Part shown: piece after piece, positions 41,957 to 53,220 of the stretch
Numbering within the stretch: position 1 is the first letter of the stretch
Layout: every line of letters starts with the position of its first letter
DNA from: Craspedostauros australis
Taxonomy: Eukaryota
Assembly (NCBI GenBank): GCA_030167865.1
Contig: JALAGF010002306.1
Location: 1-64,000, forward strand
Direction of reading: 5' to 3'
DNA: 64,000 bases
Program-made: the position numbers and the translations under genes
The notes under the pieces: model-generated
Database searches by the model: none
Told to the model about the DNA's origin: nothing
Seen by the model: only the letters and a program-made list of their open reading frames with translations

Positions 41957-43942
41957 TCAGTTCATGGCCGATGCAAAACCGTCGTTTTGTGCGGCTCCAA
42001 TGCCATCAGCATCAAAGAACACTGGGTTCCAATCTGGAGTGAAGTCGGTCGCATCGTCGACGATCAAGACGGAGGATTCGTGGGTTTGATAGGATCCCAC
42101 GGAGGCGTCGATGTCATCACCAAACCTCTTGGAAAATGCTCTTGACCAGAAGTCGTCGTCGTCCGAGCCTGAGCTTGAGTCCGAGTCCGAGTCTGAGTTC
42201 GAGTCTGAGCTTGAGTCCGAGTCCAAGTCTAAGCTTGAGTCCGAGTCCGAACAGGAATCTTCACCGCTGCTGCTCTCGTCTTGTTCCACGATCTTTTTTA
42301 GTCTTGGCTTGCCTTGCTCTACGCCATCATCACCTTCCTGCTGAGATGGAGAGTTGGGAATGTTGAGTTGCGACGGGATGCTCAGTTCGCCGGTCGTGTC
42401 CGTGGACATCGAGAACAAAGAGGACTGCGTCGTGTGCGTGTCGACGTCGCTCTCTTCCTCATCTTGCGTCGTCACCGAGTCCTGAAAGTCGAAGGACACT
42501 TCTTCAATCAGCATAATGCGCGGTTCGACGGTGTCATCATCGTAGTAGATGCAATTCTCTTCGTCATCGTCGTATTCGTACGATTCGTCATCGCTGTCGT
42601 CGTCGTCGTCTTCTGCGTCATCGTCACTTTGCATCTTAGTCAATTCGTTGTGCAGCATGTCGCTGGCGGACGAGCTGGTGTCGTCGTCGCCGCCGGAGTT
42701 GAAGCAGTCGGCCATCGCACCGACAGAGTTGGAACGGCGCCCGGCGGTTCCTGCTGGCACCGTCGACGCGGAGGCGGACGATGCCTTGCCTACGGTGGAG
42801 GGGCTGTCGCATGTCACCGCCTTCGCGCATCCCATTCCCAGACTCATGCACTTGAGGTCATTCATGATCGTGGGTGTGTCCACTTCGTCCCTGCGGGCGA
42901 TGGAGGATTCTTCGGTTGCTGCATCGTGGTCGTGATACAAGACCTCTCTGCGAAGACGCCGTTGCTGACGCTGGCGCGTCGCGACCTCTTCGAGCTCATC
43001 ATCGATGGATTCCGACCCGTCGAAGCTATCGACGGTGGCTGCGGCTGAGACGAGTGCGCGCACGAACTCGCCGCGCGACACCTTCTGGCCGGAGCTGGTG
43101 GCGTTGCGGAGCTGCGTTTCCACCTTCTGCAGCGCCTTGCGCACGTTCACCAAGGACTCGTCTCTCAGATATCCTTTGGGGACGAGATCGAAGGGAAGAT
43201 CAGTGATTCGTCCCTTGCAGGGTGAGCTGCTGTTGGATCCGGAGAGGCTGCTCATCTCGGATTCTTCGGTGGAGAGCGACGGCGTGTACTGACCGTTTCT
43301 TGGGTCGCGGCTTCGGTAGCTGCTGCCGGTGTCCGTGCACAACGTGTTGGAGTCACCGGCGGGAAGCTTGCTTCGCGAACGGTTCGCGGATGCGGCTGGT
43401 CCCGAGTTCGTCTTGTTGGCCTGCCTTGAGCTGCGCGAAGACCTCTTGAAGAGCTTCTTGGGCGACATCATCTTCATCATGACCTTCACCGACTTTGTCT
43501 TCTTGAGCTTGTGGGCCCTGCTTGTGGACATGTCGCTGCCTCGTCCAATAGGGCTGGGTGGCGAACGCGCAACGGTGGCGGCGGGAGGGATGGAGATCTC
43601 CTTGATCCGTTCGAAGACGATCTCAATGTTTTGCTTTGCAGCTGCCGTAGTTGCACTTACGGCCGTCGATGCGGCTGTGGCCGAGGAATCGGAATCCATC
43701 TCTTCTTCGACATTGACCACGATGATTTTGGGATTCAGCTTGGTCTGTGTTGGAGCATCGCGATCGGCGGAGACTGGCATGAGGCGATTCCGTCTTGCAA
43801 AGATGGAATGAGAGCGCGTCGATTTGCTGGATCCACCGGAAGGTTTTGACGCCGCGTGTTTCCTGAAGGAGAGTCTCCGGAAGCTAGGCATTGGCGAGGC
43901 TCTCGGCGCAGAGGTGCCCTGCGCGGATGGGATGGACGCCAT
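41957..43942 (-). CDS. Hypothetical disordered protein (basic/Ser-rich N-half, highly acidic C-half)
   Basis: 661-aa ATG-initiated ORF with gene-like codon use; short helical core (ESLVNVRKALQKVETQL...EFVRALVSAA); Ser-Asp run near the C-terminus. Confidence 0.75.
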   Translation of the reverse strand: MASIPSAQGTSAPRASPMPSFRRLSFRKHAASKPSGGSSKSTRSHSIFARRNRLMPVSADRDAPTQTKLNPKIIVVNVEEEMDSDSSATAASTAVSATTAAAKQNIEIVFERIKEISIPPAATVARSPPSPIGRGSDMSTSRAHKLKKTKSVKVMMKMMSPKKLFKRSSRSSRQANKTNSGPAASANRSRSKLPAGDSNTLCTDTGSSYRSRDPRNGQYTPSLSTEESEMSSLSGSNSSSPCKGRITDLPFDLVPKGYLRDESLVNVRKALQKVETQLRNATSSGQKVSRGEFVRALVSAAATVDSFDGSESIDDELEEVATRQRQQRRLRREVLYHDHDAATEESSIARRDEVDTPTIMNDLKCMSLGMGCAKAVTCDSPSTVGKASSASASTVPAGTAGRRSNSVGAMADCFNSGGDDDTSSSASDMLHNELTKMQSDDDAEDDDDDSDDESYEYDDDEENCIYYDDDTVEPRIMLIEEVSFDFQDSVTTQDEEESDVDTHTTQSSLFSMSTDTTGELSIPSQLNIPNSPSQQEGDDGVEQGKPRLKKIVEQDESSSGEDSCSDSDSSLDLDSDSSSDSNSDSDSDSSSGSDDDDFWSRAFSKRFGDDIDASVGSYQTHESSVLIVDDATDFTPDWNPVFFDADGIGAAQNDGFASAMN

Positions 43943-45286
43943 CGTACCAGCAGCGATTTGCAGTGTTCGGGGTGCTTGTTTGAGTGCCTCGCTTTCGCGT
44001 TTGCCTTGTGATGATCACGAATGGGATACTTGAAGTGATGTGAGAAGTATCGTATGATCGTTCTTCTTCTTCAGCTTCTGCTGTTGCTTTCGTTTTCCTT
44101 GCCGATGTTGATGTCTATGTTGCTTGTATTGTGTGCAGTCCGCTCAAAGAAGAGTAGAGTATCGGAGTATGGAGCTGTTGTCGCAGATGCGATGTTATCG
44201 TTGATGTTGCTGTTGTCTTTGATTATGACAAGCTCAGGTCACGTGGGTGAGTGGAGACTGCTGGCAGGGTGATGGCCTGCAGAAACACGGTGCTATTGTA
44301 TGAGAAAACTTGTGGAGGTGGCGAAACGGAGGCCGACGAAACACGCCCAAAGCTGACGATCTATGGTGCATCGCGAACCACGCCGGGTGTAGTATGTGAA
44401 GCGAGGCAGATATCGGATGAAGCTGAGTGTTTGCTTGCTCATTCTGTTTCGTTGTTCAGATCCTGCAGGTGCCGTTGCCATTGTTGGTGATGGCATTGAT
44501 GTTGTTGCTGCTTCGTGCGAGGGTGCACGCATTCGCTGACACCAAGAGGAGCGTTTGTTCTTTCTCCGTGTTCAAAAATTGGGAAATTGATGACCGGAGA
44601 CAAAAATTGTGGCGAAATTTTGTTGGTGTCGCGTAACGCACACAATCAACCCCGACTCCACATCAACCAAGATTCTTCATCGTCGGCCGAAATCGTTCTG
44701 TGACAGACCCTGCCAATCTTGTTGATGATCTTTTGTCTCCCAACCCAAATTCTTCCTCTGACATGGAGAGATCTCTGTTTTTGGCGGCCAGGCAGGATGG
44801 CATCGTCACACCGTGGATTGGCGTGATACGAGCTATGGAAGAGGTCTTCAAGGCCTGATGCAATGCCTACTATCACCCCGGCGTAGTCTACACTCATTAA
44901 TGTCCACAGGGATCGCTCTGCGCGTGTTCTCATCCATGTTTGGTGTCTGTGCATGTTTGGTTACAGCAGTGCACGTGCGAGTGGAACCTGTCTGCGCAGG
45001 CTCTGCGCACTCAACTTCCACTTCAAGGCATCGCCGTTTCTCCATCGCTGGTTGGAGACGTGCGGCGGCACGTCAAGGTCATGAAGCAGAGTACCTACCA
45101 CAGAGTGCATGCCATTGAGCACGCAGATGTCACCATGCGTACATGATGGACTGCGTACATACATGGATGCACCTATGCGAAGTGTTACCGGGGGAGAGCA
45201 TGTACTAGTACGTGTGTATTGAGACAAGATAGGGTGCAATTCATCCAACTGCCCACACATACGCCACCTCGCACGGCAATGATGGA

Positions 45287-45991
45287 TTAGAAAGTCGGTT
45301 CCCCACCTCCAATATCATCGTCCTCATCTCCTTCGCTCTCGTAATGGTTGAATGCGTAGTCTTCGACCTCTTCATCCTCCTCCTCTTCCGGTGGAATGTC
45401 GCTGACGTTGCCTTCGTCGTCGTCATCGATATCGCCTTGAATCTCGCGTTCCTCACGCCGCCTCTTCAGTTCCTTCGCCGCCATCTCTTCCAACGTCAGC
45501 GCTTCCTTCGATTGTCCACCCAGCGCGCTGAGCTCCTTCATGGACAACTTCGCGCCTCCGGTGGCGCACAGGAGCTCCGTCGGGAAGTACTTGCCATCGT
45601 TGAGCCGTTTGCCAGCATGCTCTAATATGAACACATCCGGCTGCACCGGATGCGGACGCTTTCCGTACCGCACAACATCCACCTCCTGCGTCGGCCGCAC
45701 GTAAAACGGAGATGCCTGAAGCCGATGGTGGATCTCGCGTGTCTTGTTGATGAGGTATACCGATGGCACGGCGGTCTTGTCTTCCCTGGGCTCCGGCTCT
45801 CCAGGCTCCCACTTCTGTCCCGTGGAATGCCACTCGAATTTGGGATAGAGCTTGGGCCTTGTGATGTCCTGCAACGTGCGGAGATTCTTGTCATCCAGGC
45901 CTGCCTCCTTCGCGGATCTCTGCAGCATCATCCTGGCACCCGTCGGTGGTCCGCCCCTGCCTCTGCCTCGTCCTCTTCCACGTCCCGACAT
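45287..45991 (-). CDS. RPC7: DNA-directed RNA polymerase III subunit C31/RPC7
   Basis: MSGRGRGRGRG start, PKLYP, SPFYV, DVVRY, YFPTEL, and an acidic tail with DYAFNHYESEGDED. Confidence 0.85.
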   Translation of the reverse strand: MSGRGRGRGRGRGGPPTGARMMLQRSAKEAGLDDKNLRTLQDITRPKLYPKFEWHSTGQKWEPGEPEPREDKTAVPSVYLINKTREIHHRLQASPFYVRPTQEVDVVRYGKRPHPVQPDVFILEHAGKRLNDGKYFPTELLCATGGAKLSMKELSALGGQSKEALTLEEMAAKELKRRREEREIQGDIDDDDEGNVSDIPPEEEEDEEVEDYAFNHYESEGDEDDDIGGGEPTF

Positions 45992-46646
45992 GGTGTTGCT
46001 TTGTGCGTTGCACCTGTTGTTGTTGCGCTTGTTGTTCCGCTGATTTCGATGCCGTTGGTACTAGCAGCGTGTTGGGGATGCGGTGGAGAAATTCTGTTGT
46101 ACCAGCGCTCGGACGGTTCGCTTGCATGACTCTGCTCCGCTGGTCGTTTTGTTGCGCAGCACAGACACGCTCTTGATTCCTGCCGTCTCGCCTTGTTGTG
46201 TTTCACAGAGTGGATTAGATCGTATAATCCCATACAATAGTAAAGTGCCTGTCCCTTTCACTGTCTTTCCGCGCACTGAGTGAGGAGGCTGTGGTAGAGT
46301 ATGCGATTGATACCGGCAGAGACGGTGTGCGTTGGTTTCGGTTTGATGTGGTGGTCTTCTTCGATTTTCGACGTCCCAGTGGGTGAGCCGTTGTCGTTCA
46401 TGGATCCTCGAGACCTCCTCCGTCTTTTCGGTCTCTTTGTTGGTGTCTGAGGATTTAACGCCACGAAGCATCAACGGAGCGACGGCCAGACGGGAAGCCG
46501 GACACATAGAAAACTAACAGAAAACTGGCTGAGGTGGGCACATTGTGCTCTGATCTGCTCTGCTCTGCTTCATCCGTCATTGTCACTGGGTCACGCGTGG
46601 CACACTTCAAGCCAACCAGGTCCCAGCACCACCGCATGCCCTCGCA

Positions 46647-46696
46647 CATCCTTGTGCATCCTTGTACATCCTTGTACATCCTTGTACATCCTCGTA
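46647..46696. repeat. 10-bp minisatellite (CATCCTTGTA)x5
   Basis: catccttgtg catccttgta catccttgta catccttgta catcctcgta. Confidence 0.95.
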
Positions 46697-46977
46697 GCCG
46701 TGTGCCACTGGTCGCGATTTTTGCGTTGTCGAACTTGCGCGCATGGTTGTTGCAGAAGAAGCGTTATTTCTTAGGAGGATAACTCACACTCACACATGCC
46801 AAAGAATCCGAACACATACGTACACATACCGGCACGCGCGAGCGAACGTAGAATCAGCTTGGAAGGTGAGTCAGTACTCAGCACAAAGAATGTTCGTGGC
46901 TCGTACCCTACTCGATTGTCGATGCTCTGCTCTACTCGCGCCAAACACTGCACGGCTTCTGAACTGAATGGTACACT

Positions 46978-48417
46978 TTAAACAGCTCCCTTGAACACTC
47001 TGCCTTCGAAAACTGTGTTCGTCTCTGCCTCCAGATAGTTGCTGGCCATGAAGATTATGGTGTCGGAGTCCTCGCTGATGCCGACTGTGTCGAAGTCAGT
47101 TTGAGTCGCATTTTCCACGTCAGAATCGTCATGTTGCTGGAACATCTTCAGAATGGATGGATTTTGCTGCATCATCTCCAGCTCTTGCCGTTGCTGCCGT
47201 AGCCGTTGCAACTGTCGTTGCTGTCGTCTCTGTTGCTCGCTGTCATGATGCTCCTGTCGATCGCGAGGCCTGTCGAGCTCGACCATTCCAGTATCGAGCG
47301 CAGGAGGGCGCCCAGTGATTGGTGAAAGTCTTCGATCTTCGGGGTCCTTGGGCATGAAATGGGGTAGATGGTGCATCATGATGGCCGTTAACAACCACGC
47401 TACGATGTTCCCGAGACCTAGCTTGAACGGCAACGTGTCGAGGCTGCACTCATCGTACACGATGGTGCGCTGATTCTCTTCGTCCCAGTAAGTGAAGTCA
47501 GTACCGTTGCACAACTCGCTGGGGATCATCGTGTACGTCAACCCTTGGCATATTGCGACGCTGATCGCCACGAAGGACGCGATACATCTGACGTATAGCG
47601 GTGGGAAGAAGAGCACGACCGTGAAGCACATCATGGATGCGAGGGCAAAGAACGGCATGATCCTGCAGCTTGTTTCGGACACTTTCATGCCCATATCCAG
47701 CTCTAGATCATCGTACTTTGGCCACATGCGGCACCTATTGTCTGGCGTGAGCGCTCCTGCCCGCGGATGGCGGTTCAGGTCCATGATCGGGGCAAGGGGT
47801 GCGGATATGTGTGTGTTGCTGTCTTGATCTACCACGTGTCCCTTGATTACGACCAAGTCGCAACGAACATCGAAGTAGACGCAGACCATGAACAGCGTGA
47901 ACACCCAGATTAGCGCCAAAAGGGCGATTGAGATCTTTGCGCACTTTTTTCTGAGCTTCGCTCCTGGAATTCGAGCTGGTGTTGGTGCTGTTGGAGGCGG
48001 AGGTGGAGGTGGAGGTGAAGACGGAGTAGTCGCGAGCGATGTCGTCGTTGGTGCTGAGCTTGAGAGCGCTGAATTCGATAGTGCTGAAGCTGAGGCTGTT
48101 GTTGCTGGCATTGAGAGCTCTGGTTGTGGCAGATGCAGCAATCGTGGTCCTGACAGCGTGTCTTGCGACGGCAATTGCCACGAAGACGACATTGTTGGCA
48201 ATGGTGAAGTTGATGGCGGTGGGGATGCGCACGAGAGCACGTCCTCACCGTTCACTGCGTGGATTGATATCTCCTCGTCCTCGTCACAATCGAAGAACAA
48301 CGATGATGTATGTGATTCATTGTCGGGAACAAGCGCCAAACTTCTTGCCGCGCTGCTTGTCGAGCTCGCGTCGGACGCGATGGAAGAAGATGATTCCATG
48401 ATGGTAGGAGACCACAT
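46978..48417 (-). CDS. Four-TM hypothetical membrane protein with Cys-containing loops
   Basis: Ser/Pro-rich N-terminus, four hydrophobic segments with Cys in the intervening loops, Gln-rich coiled-coil tail. Confidence 0.75.
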   Translation of the reverse strand: MWSPTIMESSSSIASDASSTSSAARSLALVPDNESHTSSLFFDCDEDEEISIHAVNGEDVLSCASPPPSTSPLPTMSSSWQLPSQDTLSGPRLLHLPQPELSMPATTASASALSNSALSSSAPTTTSLATTPSSPPPPPPPPTAPTPARIPGAKLRKKCAKISIALLALIWVFTLFMVCVYFDVRCDLVVIKGHVVDQDSNTHISAPLAPIMDLNRHPRAGALTPDNRCRMWPKYDDLELDMGMKVSETSCRIMPFFALASMMCFTVVLFFPPLYVRCIASFVAISVAICQGLTYTMIPSELCNGTDFTYWDEENQRTIVYDECSLDTLPFKLGLGNIVAWLLTAIMMHHLPHFMPKDPEDRRLSPITGRPPALDTGMVELDRPRDRQEHHDSEQQRRQQRQLQRLRQQRQELEMMQQNPSILKMFQQHDDSDVENATQTDFDTVGISEDSDTIIFMASNYLEAETNTVFEGRVFKGAV

Positions 48418-49836
48418 CGTATTATAAGAAATTGAATTTATTTCCCAAATGCGTCCGCACTCTCAGCGGCGGGTGTTGAGTATGTACTACTATCACTCCG
48501 CGCGTATCGATACGTGTGGTAAAACAACGTAACGATGCTGTGGATTGAGCACCGAGTGCGATTTATGATCCTGTTCTGACGCATCACACACGAAACATGG
48601 TAAAAAGAGAATCCCACACTGCTGCCAGGACGACGCGACTGTTGCCTCCTTTGTCTTTTTGTGTTCTGAATTGCGGGTGTGGTGCGACGTACGGCTACGA
48701 GTGTGAGTACTTTTGTGGCACGAGTCTGAATAGTATCGTGCGGGTGACAAGTCCTCTGTGGGGAAATTGTTGTGCGGCTTCATTTTAGGCCGCGTGAGGC
48801 CGCGTTCAAAGCCAAGGTCGGTGATGGTGATAGTGAAGCCGTGACTTCCCTCTTCCGCGCGTCTTCTCGCCATGGTAGTTGCCCCCCTTGCGACTTTCCT
48901 GCTTTCGGTTGCGTGGCTGCAGCGTTCGGTTGTGAGATGGTGGAGGGGCTGATTGGTCGCGCTTCAACGGGTTCCATGTTCCGAGGACCGTGTCCATGAC
49001 TTATTTATTGCAATGTCGGCATCGCCTGGAACTGGCAATGGGGATGCGGATTTCTGTCCGCGGATGCCGCTTTGTTGCACAGAAAAGCAGGATTCGCACA
49101 CAATCGGCTCAATGTGGTTCTCAGCTTACCGGCACATCTCAACGATCATGACGTGTACTAGATGTCACTTATAGATGGATGGGACGATTGTGACAGCGCG
49201 TCTGGTGTCAGCACGCAGACGGCGTCGCCTATGACGTCACAGAGCTCTGAACTGTTCTCCATTTGACGAAAATAGGCTTGTGTCGTTGTTTTTCGTGTCC
49301 AAAGCCGCATCCCCTGGGACGATTATTGAATAATTCGACCCCAAACGACGTCACCATTTGTGACCTTCGGAGTTCTCGAACAGGTTTTGTCGCAACGTTC
49401 CGCAGTGTTTTGATTGGCCAACGAAGTTCGTATCTGGCTTCGCGATTCGATTGTCGCAAACCGAACCCCGACTCTTGATTCGGTACTTTTCGCGTGTTGG
49501 TGCTGTGTTGATCGGGTGTGCACATCGCGCGTTGACGCCTTCGGTTGGGTTGCATCTGTTCTGTTCGTGGTGGTTCCATGTCCAACAACCACAAGCGGTG
49601 CAGGGATACAGCACTTTCGGCACTTCGGGAATCACAAAAGCACCACACAGAGACGAACCGGACAGCCGCACACAACAACCCACCACCCACCGCAACACCA
49701 ACAGAACACCGATTGGAAGCACCGCCTTCCGACAAGAGACGAAGAAGGGGACCTTCACCTCTCACTCTTTCGACGAGCCGATACCTCTGCGCAGAGTTTG
49801 TGGCAGAGCAGAGAGGTTTCTCCCCTTCGCAGCAAC

Positions 49837-51111
49837 ATGGATCACAACTTCCCTCGATCTCGCCATTCCCCAACGCCAGGCGCGGATGAAACACAAACGA
49901 GAAGGCAGACATCACCTCCAGCACCCACACCTGCACATACTTTCGTATCATCCTCAGAAACAAGAGCAGCAGCAGCACCAACACTCGCACCTATGGCAAA
50001 CCCAACCGAAACACCAGCATCCGCCGCTTTTGGAGCTTCCCTCCACAACCGAACCCCGTCTCCAACTCAGCCGCCAACTCCATCACCGACGCAGCCACAA
50101 TCATCAACCCCACCGTTGGCATACTTGCAGGAGCAGACACAGACACAGACACAACAACATTCTGCATTGGCGTTGGAGAACTCCCAAGTCCGCACAGATG
50201 CCACAGACCACACAACCAACAACAAGTACACCTTGACGAACCAGGTCCCAGAACCTCTCGTCTCCAAATCCGCAGCTGCAATACTATCACCAGCAGCGCC
50301 GGCAGCACCAGCAACAACACCTCTCCAGCCACAGGCCCAACAACAGCCACGGTCTCGGCAGAAACAACAGCACCAATCAACACCAATTCCTCTTCTGGCT
50401 TCTTCGACGACAGGCATCGCCCGACCAAACACGATTGCGGTCATACCACCGCCACTACCACCAACAAGAACAGGAAGCACAACGACGCCGACTACGATTC
50501 CACCGGCTCCTGCCAATTTTGCTTACACATCGCCAAGTGCACCGATCTCAGCCTTCTACCAATACACATCACAGGACGCAGCGAACTTGTCCAACGCTGC
50601 TCACGGCCGACCAGAGCAAACAGAACAAGCGCAGGCAGAGATTTTGCCACCAAGGCCGGACCAAGCTTCATCATCCATGTCCTATCCAACATCACCGACG
50701 AGAAACTCCGCGAGGCGGAATCCTGTCATTCGGGAACGGGAGCAGTTTCTCATCTTCATCAAGATTCTATTCAAACTCCTAGACCAGACGCAACAGGCTG
50801 AGAGGAGGATGAGAGCGCAAACGATAGTCATGACATGCAGGCGAAAAAATCAGCAGGGCGACCCAGACTTCATGCCTCTCATCGACGCCATCGTCCCAAG
50901 GCTGAAGACGTTGGTCGGCGACGCCGAATGGCGCAAGGCCCACATATATCTACGACACTACGTGAGCAAACGAGGCCGATCTACGAAGCGAGAGATGAAT
51001 GCAACACCACCAGGATCCACAGGCACAACAAGCATGACGACATCGACAACGCCGACGGCCAACGAGATGCAGCCGACTCATCTCAATGCCACACAAGCCT
51101 ACGCCGTGTGA
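49837..51111 (+). CDS. Pro/Thr/Gln-rich protein with a compact helical C-terminal domain
   Basis: First in-frame ATG at 49837 (MDHNF). Low-complexity body, then REREQFLIFIKILFKLLDQ...VGDAEWRKAHIYLRHY. Confidence 0.75.
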   Translation: MDHNFPRSRHSPTPGADETQTRRQTSPPAPTPAHTFVSSSETRAAAAPTLAPMANPTETPASAAFGASLHNRTPSPTQPPTPSPTQPQSSTPPLAYLQEQTQTQTQQHSALALENSQVRTDATDHTTNNKYTLTNQVPEPLVSKSAAAILSPAAPAAPATTPLQPQAQQQPRSRQKQQHQSTPIPLLASSTTGIARPNTIAVIPPPLPPTRTGSTTTPTTIPPAPANFAYTSPSAPISAFYQYTSQDAANLSNAAHGRPEQTEQAQAEILPPRPDQASSSMSYPTSPTRNSARRNPVIREREQFLIFIKILFKLLDQTQQAERRMRAQTIVMTCRRKNQQGDPDFMPLIDAIVPRLKTLVGDAEWRKAHIYLRHYVSKRGRSTKREMNATPPGSTGTTSMTTSTTPTANEMQPTHLNATQAYAV

Positions 51112-51480
51112 ACTTGGCGGTCTCGGGGAAGTGGTAGCAAACGTGGTCACACCAAAAGGTGTTGTCATCCGATGGGGATATACTATAGCATGTAGTCGTA
51201 CGTATCATACAAAAGCACTCTTACACATACAATACGTTGCACTTACACAGAGTACAGTATTGGTATCTCACCTCACAATACAATAGCATTGCTCGCATCT
51301 CCCTGTGAACCTGTGCATGGGCACTCGTGCATTGTCATCTGAAGGCTTCATCATCACCAACATCAACATCGCTTTTGATAGATCGTTTGACATACTTTGA
51401 CGTGTGCTTGGACAACCGAACAGCGGGCGTCCAGAACGCAAGGCACCAGAACATGCTGCGTGGCACGAATCAGCTGCCGG

Positions 51481-53220
51481 TCACGCCACTGCCAATTGCC
51501 CTGCGCCGTACGGGTAAGCAATGACTCTGTATCCACCAGGCCCCTTCTCGTTGCAGTTGCCAAAGAAGTGCTCGTGATCAAACTTGCCATCGCCGAAGCC
51601 TGTCCTTCCCCAGGATTGTTCCAGATGCGATCGGACTTGGTACCACTCATGCGTCATGCGCCGACACAACCGCATTTGCACCTTATCCTGCTTGTGCGGT
51701 TGGCAGTGCCATGGTTTCAGACAATTCGTGAAATGGAAGCTGACGACGTCCTCGAACCTCCGGGCTCTGCAGTCCTCGCAGCGATCTTGTCCCGTGCGGC
51801 ATTCGCCTTGCGGTACGTCATTGATTGTCTCGTTCATCTTTGGGTTGTCGTTCATGTTGTTGTGGATGCATCGATTGAGCTCCACGCCTTGGCCTGGATG
51901 GAGATATTCGTAGTAGTACGGAATGAGACCTTGGATCGTCATGCCGCCGTAGAATGGACCAATCTTGCTTCCCCATCCACGTCGTCGATGGAAGTTGCCC
52001 TCTTGCACGATGGAAACGAGGTCATCGTAGACCGTGCGATTGGGACGCAAAATCAACAGGCCACCCTGCGTTGGCTTGTCCTTGCGCTTCGGAGGCACCA
52101 TGCCGTAATCCTTCGTCCAGAATATGTTGATCGGATCAGGCAAAGGGACGTCAGGCCACATGACCGGGACGCTGGAAGCAAGGGAATTCGTTCCCTCCCC
52201 TTCATGTTCGGTCCTGCCCTGTGCCAACATGAGATCGAAAACATCATCCATCGGCTTCAACAGCAAGACGTCAAGATCCAGATGCACGACGATGGGATGC
52301 TGCGTTAACGTGTACGCCTCCAGCTTGATGAGCTCCTTCTCACCGCAGCATCCGCTACGTCCGATACCCTCGCGCAAGTCATCACCCCTTATGTCAGACA
52401 CGTTCACCGGCGTATCCCTGCGCAGCAATGTGTAGCCCAATGCCGCCAATGGCAGTGCACACGCCGTCGCATTCGGGTGGTAGATGGCGTACATATGATA
52501 GTCATACCGACCTCCACGATCGCCATGCACCGACGATAGGTGCACTGCGTGCTTCAACACCGCGGCGCCTTCCGTGTACGGCTCCACCCCGCAACCCGTG
52601 ATCGATGTAGCGAATGCAACCACTCTTGGTTCATCTTCATGGTGGTGTCGGTGCTTTGGCTGTCGTTGCTGTCGTTGCTGGTGCTGCAGTTGTTGCAATC
52701 CTTCTTTGACCCCAGTTGTGCTGGTGGTACTCGATGTCCGTGTGCTTGTGGTCGTCGTCGTCGTAGTATTAGCAGTCGTAGTTGTGCTTGGCGTTGTAGC
52801 AGTTGTTCTTGCGGTGGTGATCATTGAATGCAACGTAGTTGTGGCACGCTTGCGACTGCTGGCTTTACGATTGCTGCTGATAGGCTTGTCATGCGGAGAG
52901 GTCGATGATCCAAGAACAAGAGCAGGATCGAGCAGAGTCGTGTTGGTTGCCCCTCCAAGTGATGATGAAGACGACGGCCGCAGCACCGGTGCCGTCGGCA
53001 GGTGCTCTGTCTCCGCATTCGGGTAACCCCGCAGAGCCAACTTGGCCACGATGTATCCGTAGACGGTGAACAACACGAACGAGATGAAGATCAACTTGGT
53101 ACGAGACAGATGGAGCTTGATGGCTCTGTTCTTGTGACGGGATGGTGTACTTCTGCTCGTCCTCGCAATCGTATTCGTATGTCTGCCAAAGTCATCCTTC
53201 CGCGAAAGCACGTTCGACAT
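51481..53220 (-). CDS. Glycosyltransferase family 8-like type II membrane protein
   Basis: TM (LIFISFVLFTVYGYIV), Thr-rich stem, EGAAVLKHAV, GCCGEKELIKLEAYTL..HPIVVHLDLDVL (DxD), QGGLLILRP, TIQGL, HFTNCLKPW. Start at 53220 is a best guess. Confidence 0.88.
   Translation of the reverse strand: MSNVLSRKDDFGRHTNTIARTSRSTPSRHKNRAIKLHLSRTKLIFISFVLFTVYGYIVAKLALRGYPNAETEHLPTAPVLRPSSSSSLGGATNTTLLDPALVLGSSTSPHDKPISSNRKASSRKRATTTLHSMITTARTTATTPSTTTTANTTTTTTTSTRTSSTTSTTGVKEGLQQLQHQQRQQRQPKHRHHHEDEPRVVAFATSITGCGVEPYTEGAAVLKHAVHLSSVHGDRGGRYDYHMYAIYHPNATACALPLAALGYTLLRRDTPVNVSDIRGDDLREGIGRSGCCGEKELIKLEAYTLTQHPIVVHLDLDVLLLKPMDDVFDLMLAQGRTEHEGEGTNSLASSVPVMWPDVPLPDPINIFWTKDYGMVPPKRKDKPTQGGLLILRPNRTVYDDLVSIVQEGNFHRRRGWGSKIGPFYGGMTIQGLIPYYYEYLHPGQGVELNRCIHNNMNDNPKMNETINDVPQGECRTGQDRCEDCRARRFEDVVSFHFTNCLKPWHCQPHKQDKVQMRLCRRMTHEWYQVRSHLEQSWGRTGFGDGKFDHEHFFGNCNEKGPGGYRVIAYPYGAGQLAVA

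Noticed and set aside
44000..45280. 1.3-kb gap with several short ORFs
   Set aside because: No motifs or gene-like codon pattern; consistent with UTR and promoter sequence of the flanking minus-strand genes.
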